Source of the DNA: Acidobacteria bacterium 13_2_20CM_2_57_6
GTDB taxonomy: Bacteria; Acidobacteriota; Terriglobia; Acidiferrales; UBA7541
Assembly (NCBI GenBank): GCA_001917435.1
Contig: MNEA01000113.1
Span: 13,902 to 77,901, forward strand
DNA: 64,000 bases
Reading direction: 5' to 3'
This document shows positions 40,847 to 50,481 of the stretch, piece by piece. How positions within the stretch are numbered: position 1 is the first letter of the stretch; each line of letters starts with the position of its first letter. The position numbers were made by a program, and so were the translations under genes. Under the pieces are notes generated by a model that was not told the origin of the DNA, did no database searches, and saw nothing but the letters and a program-made list of their open reading frames with translations.

Positions 40847-42169
40847 ATGGTAATGAATGTTATGAATGGCCGATCAAAATCACCTGCATTTCTTCTTGCC
40901 CTCGCCCTGGCAGCGTGTTGCTTCGCCTGTCGCCAAACGACCGTTCTGGCGACGGATTCCGAAATTCCGACGGCTACTGTCAAAGAAGTTGATCTTCAAC
41001 TCAAGGTTTCCACAACGGGAGTCTTGCGAACCAGCGAGTCGAGGACCATTTCCGCTCCGGCAATCGGCGGAGGCACGCTGCAAATTGTCACGCTGGCGCG
41101 CTCGGGGGCTCAGGTTCACACCGGCGACGTGGTGCTCGAATTTGATCCCAGCCAGCAGGAATACAATCTGGGACAGAATCGCAGCGACTTGCTGCAGGCG
41201 GAGCAGGAAATCGTCAAGGCCAAGGCGGACGCCGACGTCCAGTCGGCCGAGGACCAGACCGCGCTCTTGAAGGCAAGATACGCGGTGCGACGCGCGGAGC
41301 TGGAAGTCAGCAAGAACGAACTGGTGAGCTTCATCGATGCGCAGAAGAACCTTCTTGCCCTCGATGAAGCCAAACGTGCGCTGGCCCAGCTTCAGCAGGA
41401 CATCCAATCGCATACCGCATCCAACCGGTCCGCTCTGGCGATTAGCGAGGAGAAACGACACAAGGCTCGCCTTTCCATGGAGCAAGCAGAGCAAAACATC
41501 AAGAATATGCACATCACCTCGCCCATCGATGGCCTTGTCGTCATCCACGGCAATCGAGACTCCACGGGTGGTTTTTTCATGGATGGGATGACGCTTCCGG
41601 ATTATCACGTCGGCGATCAGGTCAATCCGGGAAGCTCCATTGCGGAAGTAATCGACGTGTCACACTTGGAAATCTCCGCCCAGGTCGGTGAAACCGACCG
41701 CATCAACCTCAAGCCGGGTCAATCCGTGGAAATAAAGGTCGATGCGCTTCCGGGCGAAACGTTTTCCGGCAAAGTGGAAACCGTTGGCGGGGCCACGAGC
41801 CACGAATTCTGGGACGAAAATGCCCGGCACAAGTTCGACGTGGCGGTGCATCTCGACCACCCCGACTCTCGGTTGCACCCCGGCTTCGCGGTTCGCCTGA
41901 ATGTTCTCGGTGACAATCTTTCCCGAGCGGTTTCGATTCCTGGCGGGGCCGTCTTTGACCACGACGGTAAGAAAGTCGTGTATTGCAAACGCAATCGCGG
42001 TTTCGAAATGCAGGAAGTTAAAGTTCGGGCGGTCAGCGAAGGCCGCGCGATTCTCAGCGGCATTTCACCCGGAACGGTCGTGGCTCTCGTGAATCCGGAA
42101 AAACGTGCCGCCGCCAACAGCAAGAGCGGCGGACCCTCGAATCCCAGCGGGGGTCCCGTTTCCAAGTGA
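40847..42169 (+). CDS. Efflux periplasmic adaptor (HlyD/MacA-type) no. 3, possibly lipidated
   Basis: GAQVHTGDVVLEFD and SPIDGLV motifs; Cys-containing signal (AACCFAC). Confidence 0.88.
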   Translation: MVMNVMNGRSKSPAFLLALALAACCFACRQTTVLATDSEIPTATVKEVDLQLKVSTTGVLRTSESRTISAPAIGGGTLQIVTLARSGAQVHTGDVVLEFDPSQQEYNLGQNRSDLLQAEQEIVKAKADADVQSAEDQTALLKARYAVRRAELEVSKNELVSFIDAQKNLLALDEAKRALAQLQQDIQSHTASNRSALAISEEKRHKARLSMEQAEQNIKNMHITSPIDGLVVIHGNRDSTGGFFMDGMTLPDYHVGDQVNPGSSIAEVIDVSHLEISAQVGETDRINLKPGQSVEIKVDALPGETFSGKVETVGGATSHEFWDENARHKFDVAVHLDHPDSRLHPGFAVRLNVLGDNLSRAVSIPGGAVFDHDGKKVVYCKRNRGFEMQEVKVRAVSEGRAILSGISPGTVVALVNPEKRAAANSKSGGPSNPSGGPVSK

Positions 42170-42185
42170 ATCCTGGCAGGTGACG

Positions 42186-43466
42186 ATGAACGCCAGTTCC
42201 ATCACTGAGCCCAGATCCCTGCAGCAATGGCTGCCAGATCTTGCTTTCGGGTTCGAAAACTTAATCAGCCACAAGTTGCGTTCGCTCCTCACGATGCTGG
42301 GGATGATCTTTGGCGTCGCCGCAGTTGTGGCCATGCTCTCCATCGGAGCGGGAGCCCAGCAGAAAGTCATGGCCTTCATCGAACAGCTCGGCGTCCGCAA
42401 CCTGATTGTGGAGGCCAAGGAATCCCCCAATTGGCAGGAGTTGCAGAAGGTGCGGAAGACCTCGCCAGGCCTGACCCTCAGCGACTACCAGGTCATCCGG
42501 AAGAATATCCCCGACATTAAGGACGGAACTCCACGAAAACGTTTTGCACCAACCAAGCTTCTGCCAAAACCGCAACAGGACACTCCCATCGTTTATGGTG
42601 TCGAACCGAGCTATCTGGAGATTAGCCATCTCCGTGTCACCGAGGGCCGCTTCTTCGACGGCCCGGAAAATGCCGCCGCTGCGCCGGTCTGCGTTCTCGG
42701 GGCGGCCGCGAAAGAGAGCCTGTTTGGCGCGGGCGCAGCCATCGGCGAATACGTCAAACTCAACGAACAGTGGTGCCACGTGATCGGAATTGTCGCGCCG
42801 CAACTGGCTCCCCAATCGGAGGTCTCCGGCGTTCGCACCGAGGACATGAACAATCTCATTTATGCGCCCTTGAATGCGGTCATATACCGGCTCGAAGACT
42901 CTCAAAGCGAATTGAAGGACGAGATCGATGGCCTCTATCTGCATCTGGCCACCCCGGAAACGAGCACCACCGATGCCGAAGTGGTCCGAGGCATTCTGAA
43001 TGCCTCGCATCACGGCGCGGGCGACTTCAACGTCATTGTCCCCGCGGAACTGCTCGCGCAGCAAAAACGCACCGAGCAGCTTTTCAACACGGTGATGGTA
43101 GCCATCGCTTCCATTTCTCTTCTCGTCGGCGGGATTGGGATCATGAACATCATGCTGGCGGCCATTCTCGAGCGCACTCGCGAGATTGGCGTGCGGCGTG
43201 CCATCGGCGCCAGGCGGCGGGACATCGTCCGCCAATTTGTGATCGAGGCCACGCTGATTTCTTTCACCGGCGGTCTCCTGGGAGTCCTCCTTGGCTTTGT
43301 GATGTCCAAGGTCATCGCATGGCTTGCCGGATGGTCCACCATCGTGACTGTGAGTTCGATTCTTTTGGCATTCCTGGTTTCCATTTCAATCGGTTTGATT
43401 TTCGGCATCTATCCTGCGGTCAAAGCGGCGCGGCTCGATCCAGTCGAGGCCATTCGCTACGAATAA
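42186..43466 (+). CDS. MacB/FtsX-family ABC permease (no nucleotide-binding domain)
   Basis: LRSLLTMLGMIFGVAAV, GGIGIMNIM..ERTREIGVRRAIGA and PA.KAARLDP.EAIRYE motifs; no Walker A. Confidence 0.92.
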   Translation: MNASSITEPRSLQQWLPDLAFGFENLISHKLRSLLTMLGMIFGVAAVVAMLSIGAGAQQKVMAFIEQLGVRNLIVEAKESPNWQELQKVRKTSPGLTLSDYQVIRKNIPDIKDGTPRKRFAPTKLLPKPQQDTPIVYGVEPSYLEISHLRVTEGRFFDGPENAAAAPVCVLGAAAKESLFGAGAAIGEYVKLNEQWCHVIGIVAPQLAPQSEVSGVRTEDMNNLIYAPLNAVIYRLEDSQSELKDEIDGLYLHLATPETSTTDAEVVRGILNASHHGAGDFNVIVPAELLAQQKRTEQLFNTVMVAIASISLLVGGIGIMNIMLAAILERTREIGVRRAIGARRRDIVRQFVIEATLISFTGGLLGVLLGFVMSKVIAWLAGWSTIVTVSSILLAFLVSISIGLIFGIYPAVKAARLDPVEAIRYE

Positions 43467-43556
43467 CTCATGCCGCCTTCGGCGTCACAAGCGAACTATG
43501 AAAATAGCCGCAACGTGCCCATTGAAAGCAAAGGAGTTATGGCTATTTTCTAAGGA
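43467..43556. repeat. Short palindromic (REP/MITE-like) intergenic element
   Basis: CGCC-TTC-GGCG hairpin followed by perfect 10-bp inverted repeats GAAAATAGCC (43500-43509) and GGCTATTTTC (43541-43550). Confidence 0.45.
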
Positions 43557-43591
43557 ATAGGTCAGCGGGGCAATCCTTCAGGAGGTGAACG

Positions 43592-45235
43592 ATGAGAGCG
43601 GTGCGTTCGTTCGTAGCGGTGGTTCTTTTCCTGCTAATTCCGGACCTTCCCACGCGGGCGCAAAATGCGCCTCGACTGGAAAGATGGTTCGGCATTGGCG
43701 CACACCAAAGGCCGGCGCCCCCGCTTGCCCCGCTCCAAGGCCTTCAGGAGCACGCCGTTAGTGGCAAGCTCGTGCTTTCTCTTGACGACACGATCCGCCT
43801 GGCTCTCGCGAACAACACAGACATCCGCTTCGACCGCTCTCAGATTGAATTCGCGCTAAACAGTCTCCATCGTGCTCACGGGCCGTTCGATCCATTGGTG
43901 ACATCTGGTTTTGCGGACAATAGAGGCAAGACGCCGGCCATCACACAAACTCAGGGCGCAGCGATTCCCGACGCGCTGGCCCAAACTACGACGTTTGGCT
44001 ACGCTCAGACCTTCCAGATAGGCACAAACTTTCAAACCTCCTTCGATGCAAGCAAATTATCGACCAACAACTCTCTCAGTCTTGTAAACCCCTCCATTTC
44101 GACCGATCTCCAATTCACGGTGACCCAGCCTCTCCTTCGAAACTTCGGCCTTTTTCCCAACCGCGCGCCAATTCTGATCGCCCAGCGAAATTTGAAGCAA
44201 GCTCGTGCTTCCTTTCAAGGCGAAGTGAATGACATCATCTTGCGAGCCGTCGGGAATTATTGGAGCGTCGTCCTCGCCCGCGAATCCCTCGTCGTCCAGC
44301 GCAAGTCTCTTGAGGAAGCCCAGAAAAGCTACGACCACGATAAGAAGGCCCTCAGCCTCGGCGCGCTCCCACCGCTCGATATTTACCGCTCCGAATCCCA
44401 GGTCGCATCGCGCCGTGTTGGCGTTATCCAGGGGGAATACGCCCTTAAACAAGCTGAAGATCAATTCCGGCAGATCATTGGCGCCGACCTTGATCTCGCT
44501 ACACGGGTCCTCGACCTCGAACTGACAGACCAACCCGAGCCCTTCGGCGACTTGCCGAATACAGACATCGCCACCGCGCTCGCCCGCGCTCTTGCCAACC
44601 GCCCCGAACTTGAAGCCGCGCGTCAGCAGTTAGCCGGCGATGAGCTAAGCGTCCGGCTCGCTCACAACAGTCTGAAACCTGACCTGGAACTCTCCGGCTT
44701 TTACGCCGGCAATGGCGTTGCCGGCCACGAATTCAATACCGCTACTCCTCCCCAGCTCATTTCGATCACCGGCATTGGCGACAGCCTCGGCCAGAGTCTT
44801 CATTTTACTTATCCGGCCTACGGCGCCTCTCTTACGCTAAGTCTGCCCATAAAAAATCACGCTGCAGAGGCCAGCCTCGCCGACGCCGTTGTCTCTCGCC
44901 GCCGTGATCAATACCAGGAGCGCCGCACCACTCAGAACATCACGCTGGAAGTTACCAATGCGGTGCATGCGCTCGAGGAAGCGAAACTCACCATGGAAGC
45001 AGCCAAAGTAGCGGTGAACCTCGCCAGGGAAAGTCTTCATGCCGATGAACGCAAGTACGAACTTGGCGCGGAGCCGGTCTTTTTTGTTCTCGACGCCCAA
45101 ACGCAGCTCGCCCAGGCGGAGCTAAACCTCATTCAGGCGCAGATTAGTTTTCAGCTTGCCGTTGCCCAGGTGGATCACGCTACCGGTGACTTGTTGGAGC
45201 ACCATCACGTGGAAATCGTGGAGCCGAGAAAGTGA
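43592..45235 (+). CDS. TolC-family outer membrane efflux protein
   Basis: Signal peptide, LSL.D.I.LAL.NN, QPLLR, ALANRPEL and two helical repeats; AGGAGG RBS. Confidence 0.9.
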   Translation: MRAVRSFVAVVLFLLIPDLPTRAQNAPRLERWFGIGAHQRPAPPLAPLQGLQEHAVSGKLVLSLDDTIRLALANNTDIRFDRSQIEFALNSLHRAHGPFDPLVTSGFADNRGKTPAITQTQGAAIPDALAQTTTFGYAQTFQIGTNFQTSFDASKLSTNNSLSLVNPSISTDLQFTVTQPLLRNFGLFPNRAPILIAQRNLKQARASFQGEVNDIILRAVGNYWSVVLARESLVVQRKSLEEAQKSYDHDKKALSLGALPPLDIYRSESQVASRRVGVIQGEYALKQAEDQFRQIIGADLDLATRVLDLELTDQPEPFGDLPNTDIATALARALANRPELEAARQQLAGDELSVRLAHNSLKPDLELSGFYAGNGVAGHEFNTATPPQLISITGIGDSLGQSLHFTYPAYGASLTLSLPIKNHAAEASLADAVVSRRRDQYQERRTTQNITLEVTNAVHALEEAKLTMEAAKVAVNLARESLHADERKYELGAEPVFFVLDAQTQLAQAELNLIQAQISFQLAVAQVDHATGDLLEHHHVEIVEPRK

Positions 45236-45627
45236 ATCTGTTCCGTCCGGCGCAAGAACACCGCTCACTACCAGCAGTTCGAACGGGGTTTACCTTATTC
45301 AATCAGAGAGTAAAAATCGAGCTAGCACTTGATTGAGCAAACCAGTATCGCCGAGTATCTGCCTTGGGATGGAATCGGTCATCTCCAAGGGGTGCTGTCT
45401 CTTTGGCCACCGGTACGCCGGTACACTTGCTTCCTGAAAATCCTGTAATCCATAATCACAGGTACTTTGTTTTGTGTACGGGCGCGACCTTGCTGCGTCG
45501 CTGCACGACTGTCCTTTCGTGCACGTACTGAAGTTGCGGGTTCACAGCAGAGCGTGAAGGCCTTTTGTTCCTTCGTGACTTGCGGAACATCGTCCGCGAT
45601 GTAGGCGGAGAATCGAATGCATTCCTG

Positions 45628-48600
45628 ATGCATCAGAGTTTCATTTCCCTGGCTCTGTTGATCGCCACCACTTTGGTGGCCGGGTTCTTTGCGTATATTC
45701 ACAGCATCAAGCGCCAGGTGTATCTGCTCCTATGGACCGCCGGATGGGCGGTATTCGCGCTTCATTACGTGGGGCCAACGCTGGCTCCCAATTCGGCGTC
45801 GACCCCGCTGCAGAGCGCTCTGAATCATTGGCTCTTTGCGCTCTCCGGTGTGCTCTTCTTTCTGGGAGCGCAGCTCTACTCTCAGCGAAAGGCCTGGAAA
45901 TTCCCCGCACTGATTGTCTGCGTAGTCTTCGCATTCTGGGCCGCATCGAACGCCACTAGCGCTATTTCTGTTTCTGTGCTCATTCCCGCTTCTCTTCTCT
46001 ACGTTGCGGTCGCGGCCGTGTTCTGGCAGGAAAGCCGTCGGCAGGAAACGCTGGCCGACCGGCTGCTTGGTGTTTCCTTTGCTTCCTGGGGTGTTCTGTG
46101 GATCGCCCTGAACATCATGAATGCCACGCCGGAACTCCAGGGTCCAGGCATGAACGTGGTTGCTGCCGCGCCGTGCGCGTTTGTCGCCATGCTCATGGTC
46201 ATGGCGCTCTACGAAGAAGAAAAACGCCGCATCGAACGAAATATGCTGGCCCTCTCCAACCTCAATCTGGCGACTTCCAGTTTTGTGGGCGGCGAGATTC
46301 AGCGCATGTTGTCTCAGGCTCTGGACCGCGTGCTGGGTGTTGTGCGTCTGCCAGCCGGCGCTCTCTTCCTTCATCACGGTGATCCGCAAGGTCCGACCTC
46401 CGTCGTGGCCGTGGGCTTGAGTGACGAGTTTTGCCGGGTCGCACAGAATGAAGGTCTGGATGATTATCTCGTCGGCCTGGTGGCGCGCCTTGGCGGACTG
46501 TTGGGATTTCGCGATCTTCGTGACGATTCTCTCTCGGCCCTCGAAAAGGAAAAATCCATCCGACGGTTCCGCGAGCTGGCGCTCGCGCAGTCTCTTCGCA
46601 GCGTGGTGGCCATCAGCTTGCAAGCCAAAGAACAGGCGTTCGGCGTGCTCCTCCTCGGCACACCGGACAACCGGCGCTTTACGCCCGCGGAACTTCGGCT
46701 TCTCCTCGCGCTCGGGCACCAGATCGGCATGGCGGTCGAGAACAGCTACTTGATTCAGCAGACTTCGCGGCGCTCGGAAGAGCTTCACGTATTGAATGAA
46801 ATCGGCCGCGCTCTGAGCTCCACGCTGAACAAGGAAGACCTCACGAGGAAAGTGTGGGAGGAGCTGCGCCGCCTCTTCGATGTGGAAAACTTCTACATCG
46901 CGGAGCTCGATCCGCTGCGCGATGAAATCCAATTCGACCTCGAGGTTGTGAATGGCGAGCTATTGCCGAAGCGCGCTCGCTCCGCAGGCAATCACATCAC
47001 CGAGTACATCATTCGGACACGGCAGCCGGTGCTCATCCGGGACAATTACGTGGCCGAGGCGAAAAAGCTGGGCGTCGAACCCCTGCGTACAACGGGATGC
47101 TTCTGCGGCGTGCCTCTCGTCGCCTACGATCACGCCATTGGCGCGATGGCCGTGTACTCCGACCACGAGCGCGTGTTTGACGAAGGTCACCTTGAGCTTC
47201 TGCGCGTCCTGGCAAGCGAAGCGAGTATCGCCATTGAAAACGCCAGGCTGTTCAACGAAGAGCGCACCAAGGCGCGGCACCTCTCGCTGCTCAACACCAT
47301 TTCACGAAACGCCATCGCCACGCTCAATCCGGACGAGATGCTCGCCAAGATCACCGAACAACTGGAAGCCGGTCTGACCTACGATCACATCGGCATCGGC
47401 GTGCTGGATTACGCGACGCGCGAAGTGGTGATCCAGGCTGAAGCGGGAAAACGGCGTGGCACCCTGGGCCAGCGCATACCGCTCGGCGCGGGCCTGATCG
47501 GCCAAGTGGCGCGCAACGGCCAAATGGCAGCTTATCGCGCCGCGGCTCCGGCCGATGGCGCTTTGAAGCCGCTGTTGCCGGATTCCGTGGCGTCTATCGC
47601 ATTGCCGGTTTTTTACGCCGAACAGCTCCACGGGATTCTGTACATCGAGTCATCTATACCCGTTGATTTCTCCGAGGAAGAAGTCCTCCTGCTTCGCACT
47701 CTCGCCGACCTCATCGCCGGCGCGCTCCACAACGCTCTTTCTTTCCAAAAAGCCCAGGAACAGGCCATCACCGACGGCCTTACCGGCGTGAAGACGCACC
47801 GTTTTTTCATGGAAGCCCTGTCTGCGGAATGGAAGCGGTCCACTCGAGCCGGCCGCGCCTTTGCCTTGGTGCTCATGGACCTCGACCGCTTCAAATTCGT
47901 GAACGATTTTTACGGGCACCTCGAAGGTGACCTGGTTCTGCAGCGCGTTGGGCAAATTCTGGAGACCAATTGCCGGCGCTCTGATGTGGTGGCCCGCTAC
48001 GGCGGAGATGAGTTTGTCATTCTAATGCCCGAAACCAATATGGAACACGCGCGGCAACTGGCGAGCAAGCTCCGCGGCTGGGTTTCCGCCGATCCATTGC
48101 TGCGTGAGAAAAACATCAGTGCCAGCTTCGGCATCGCGTGTTATCCGCTTCACGGCTCTTCGCCGCAAGAGCTGATCCAGGTGGCCGATGCTTCGATGTA
48201 TCTCTCGAAACATCAGGGCGGCAACGCCGTCTCCACCGCCGATCACTTCGACCCCAACGAAGCGAAAAAATGGAAGCGCGACGTCCTTGAGGCCTATCTC
48301 GGCGTCACGCTCAAACGTCTTTTCTCGACCGGGCCTGAGGCCTTCGAGGAAGTCTACCAGCGCTTGCGGCAATTCACGGAGTCGCTTGCTGCCACGGAGC
48401 CGAACAGCAGCAAGCAGCCGGTCGCCGCGGCGCAGGGCCCGCAAGCACTGCCGCAAGCGGTGCTGGACACCGTTACGTCGCTGGCGTTTGCAATTGACGC
48501 CAAGGATCACTATACGCAGGGCCACTCGCAGAAAGTCTCCGCCTATGCCGCGCTGATTGCTGAAGCGATGGGGATGAATGATTCCGAAGTGGATGAGATT

Positions 48601-49062
48601 CGCCTAGGCGCCGTGCTCCACGACATCGGCAAGGTTGGCATCCCGGAAAGCATTTTGAACAAAAATGGCCCGCTCAATCCTGAAGAGTGGGAGACCATGA
48701 AGTCTCACGTAAAGTTTGGTGCGAAGATTCTCGATCCCTTGACGCCTCTCGCGCGCATTCGGGACATGGTGCTGCACCACCACGAATTCTTCGACGGGTC
48801 TGGCTACCCCGAGGCCTTGACCGGGGAAAACATTCCTCTGGGAGCTCGCATTATCGCCGTCGCCGATGCCTACGATACCATCACGAGTGACCGCACCTAT
48901 AAAAAGGCTAGGAATGCCAAGGATGCGCTTGCTGAATTGGAGCGCTGCGCGAACGCGCAGTTTGACGGAGCCATCGTGGAAGTTTTTGTCCGTACCCTGC
49001 GAGCGCTTCCTAACCCTATCGTCGAAGTTGCCGCCACCACCGGGCCGGCGCGCGGCATCTGA
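45628..49062 (+). CDS. Membrane-bound GAF(x3)-GGDEF-HD-GYP c-di-GMP cyclase/phosphodiesterase
   Basis: Multi-TM N-terminus, three GAF-like repeats, RRSD I-site plus GGDEF, HS.KV, HDIGK and HHHE..DGSGYP. Confidence 0.92.
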   Translation: MHQSFISLALLIATTLVAGFFAYIHSIKRQVYLLLWTAGWAVFALHYVGPTLAPNSASTPLQSALNHWLFALSGVLFFLGAQLYSQRKAWKFPALIVCVVFAFWAASNATSAISVSVLIPASLLYVAVAAVFWQESRRQETLADRLLGVSFASWGVLWIALNIMNATPELQGPGMNVVAAAPCAFVAMLMVMALYEEEKRRIERNMLALSNLNLATSSFVGGEIQRMLSQALDRVLGVVRLPAGALFLHHGDPQGPTSVVAVGLSDEFCRVAQNEGLDDYLVGLVARLGGLLGFRDLRDDSLSALEKEKSIRRFRELALAQSLRSVVAISLQAKEQAFGVLLLGTPDNRRFTPAELRLLLALGHQIGMAVENSYLIQQTSRRSEELHVLNEIGRALSSTLNKEDLTRKVWEELRRLFDVENFYIAELDPLRDEIQFDLEVVNGELLPKRARSAGNHITEYIIRTRQPVLIRDNYVAEAKKLGVEPLRTTGCFCGVPLVAYDHAIGAMAVYSDHERVFDEGHLELLRVLASEASIAIENARLFNEERTKARHLSLLNTISRNAIATLNPDEMLAKITEQLEAGLTYDHIGIGVLDYATREVVIQAEAGKRRGTLGQRIPLGAGLIGQVARNGQMAAYRAAAPADGALKPLLPDSVASIALPVFYAEQLHGILYIESSIPVDFSEEEVLLLRTLADLIAGALHNALSFQKAQEQAITDGLTGVKTHRFFMEALSAEWKRSTRAGRAFALVLMDLDRFKFVNDFYGHLEGDLVLQRVGQILETNCRRSDVVARYGGDEFVILMPETNMEHARQLASKLRGWVSADPLLREKNISASFGIACYPLHGSSPQELIQVADASMYLSKHQGGNAVSTADHFDPNEAKKWKRDVLEAYLGVTLKRLFSTGPEAFEEVYQRLRQFTESLAATEPNSSKQPVAAAQGPQALPQAVLDTVTSLAFAIDAKDHYTQGHSQKVSAYAALIAEAMGMNDSEVDEIRLGAVLHDIGKVGIPESILNKNGPLNPEEWETMKSHVKFGAKILDPLTPLARIRDMVLHHHEFFDGSGYPEALTGENIPLGARIIAVADAYDTITSDRTYKKARNAKDALAELERCANAQFDGAIVEVFVRTLRALPNPIVEVAATTGPARGI

Positions 49063-49128
49063 CTCCGCTCCCCAAATTTGACTTCCCCCGCCGCCTAGGC
49101 ATGCAATTCACATGCGAGAATGAGCGGT

Positions 49129-49617
49129 TCAGCGCGTATCGAGGTCCACGTCCCTAATCGGCAGATCCCAGTGCGCGTCCAGGATTTCGAAGCGGCGCTG
49201 TTCTTCTTTCTTGTAGTTTTCCTGGTCGGGAAAGAGCTGTTTGATCAAGGCGGAGCTATCGAAATTGTCGTTGGCGATCGCCGCGCTCTTGAAGACGATT
49301 GTTACCCGGTAATCCCAACGGCCGTCCTCCGTGGTGTGATAGCGCGGAACGGTCATGCTCACCTTTAGCATGCGGCCTAGTTCCATCTCTTTTTTCAAAA
49401 CCGGGTAGTGATTCTTTTTGAAGAGCGAGAGAAATTCCTCGGCGTGGCCCCATTTGGCTTTGTAGTAGTACTCAATCACATACGGCTGCTCTTTTCCTTC
49501 GGCCGCCATGGCGCTCTGCTGCGCTCCGGCTCCGATTGTTGAGAGCCAGGAAAGCGCGGCCAGCCCAAGGACAGCCACCACGGGCCCGTGCTTCACCTTT
49601 GAGAATGGAGTGTGCAT
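49129..49617 (-). CDS. Hypothetical exported protein (possible dimeric alpha/beta-barrel, NIPSNAP-like)
   Basis: Signal peptide, YY..KWG..EEF..LF and C-terminal HWD; GGAGGAG RBS. Confidence 0.7.
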   Translation of the reverse strand: MHTPFSKVKHGPVVAVLGLAALSWLSTIGAGAQQSAMAAEGKEQPYVIEYYYKAKWGHAEEFLSLFKKNHYPVLKKEMELGRMLKVSMTVPRYHTTEDGRWDYRVTIVFKSAAIANDNFDSSALIKQLFPDQENYKKEEQRRFEILDAHWDLPIRDVDLDTR

Positions 49618-49757
49618 AAGTTCTCTCCTCCGATCGCCATCGAGACTCTAACGGTCCAGCAACATAAATCAAAGTAAAAAACGAAGCGAAAGAAAATTGG
49701 AGTCTCCCGGCTCGTTTCACCTTCTCGGTCCTGTTATGCTTTCTCCGGGGAGGCCCC

Positions 49758-50171
49758 ATGCAGACTGGATCCGTGAAGTGGATTGGCGATCAGAAGTTCG
49801 TCGCGACGAGCCCATCCGGGCACGCCTTGACGGTCGATTCCGACCGGGCCTCAAATAAAGCGCCTGGCCCGATGGAGCTTGTGCTGCTGGCGCTGGGGGC
49901 TTGCACGGCCACCGACGTGGTCAGCATTCTGGAGAAGAAGCGGCAGAAACTGGAATCACTCGAGGTGATTTGCTCCGGCGAACGCGCGGCCAACCCGCCC
50001 ACGGTCTGGACCAAGTTGGAAATACTCTATCGCCTGCGCGGCCAACTCGATGAGGCGGCCGTAAAACACGCCATCCAGCTCAGCGAGGACAAGTACTGTT
50101 CCGTCGCGGCCATGCTCAGGAAGACGGCAGCGATTTCGTGGCGCCACGAAATTCTTCCGCCCGCCTCTTAG
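49758..50171 (+). CDS. OsmC family protein (YhfA-like)
   Basis: PMELVL.ALGACT..DV..IL.K.R and LS..KYCSV with two conserved Cys. Confidence 0.9.
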   Translation: MQTGSVKWIGDQKFVATSPSGHALTVDSDRASNKAPGPMELVLLALGACTATDVVSILEKKRQKLESLEVICSGERAANPPTVWTKLEILYRLRGQLDEAAVKHAIQLSEDKYCSVAAMLRKTAAISWRHEILPPAS

Positions 50172-50239
50172 GGCCGCATCAAGGCTGCCCCAGGTTCACC
50201 GTTATGTGCTGTATGGACAATACCTGTACCAATATGTAT

Positions 50240-50268
50240 TTGCTTGAAGGAACAGTTGAAGCTATATA
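50240..50268 (+). promoter_or_regulatory. Candidate sigma70 promoter upstream of fabH
   Basis: TTGCTT-N17-TATATA in an AT-rich patch. Confidence 0.4.
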
Positions 50269-50481
50269 GAGCATCCTACAGGGGGCCCTTTATCCGGAAT
50301 TTAGGGCCGCCTCCTTCGGTCCTGCCGCAGGGAGCCCCCAATAATTCCACCAGCCGGCTTTTCTTCGTCAAGCTGAGTTACTTGTTGCGATTCTGAAGAA
50401 TCCGGACTGCGCCTTGTACCCCAGAAGGCTATCGCATAAAATTCATCGTCTTTGTCCAGGTTGCAATTCGCAAGGAGCGTC

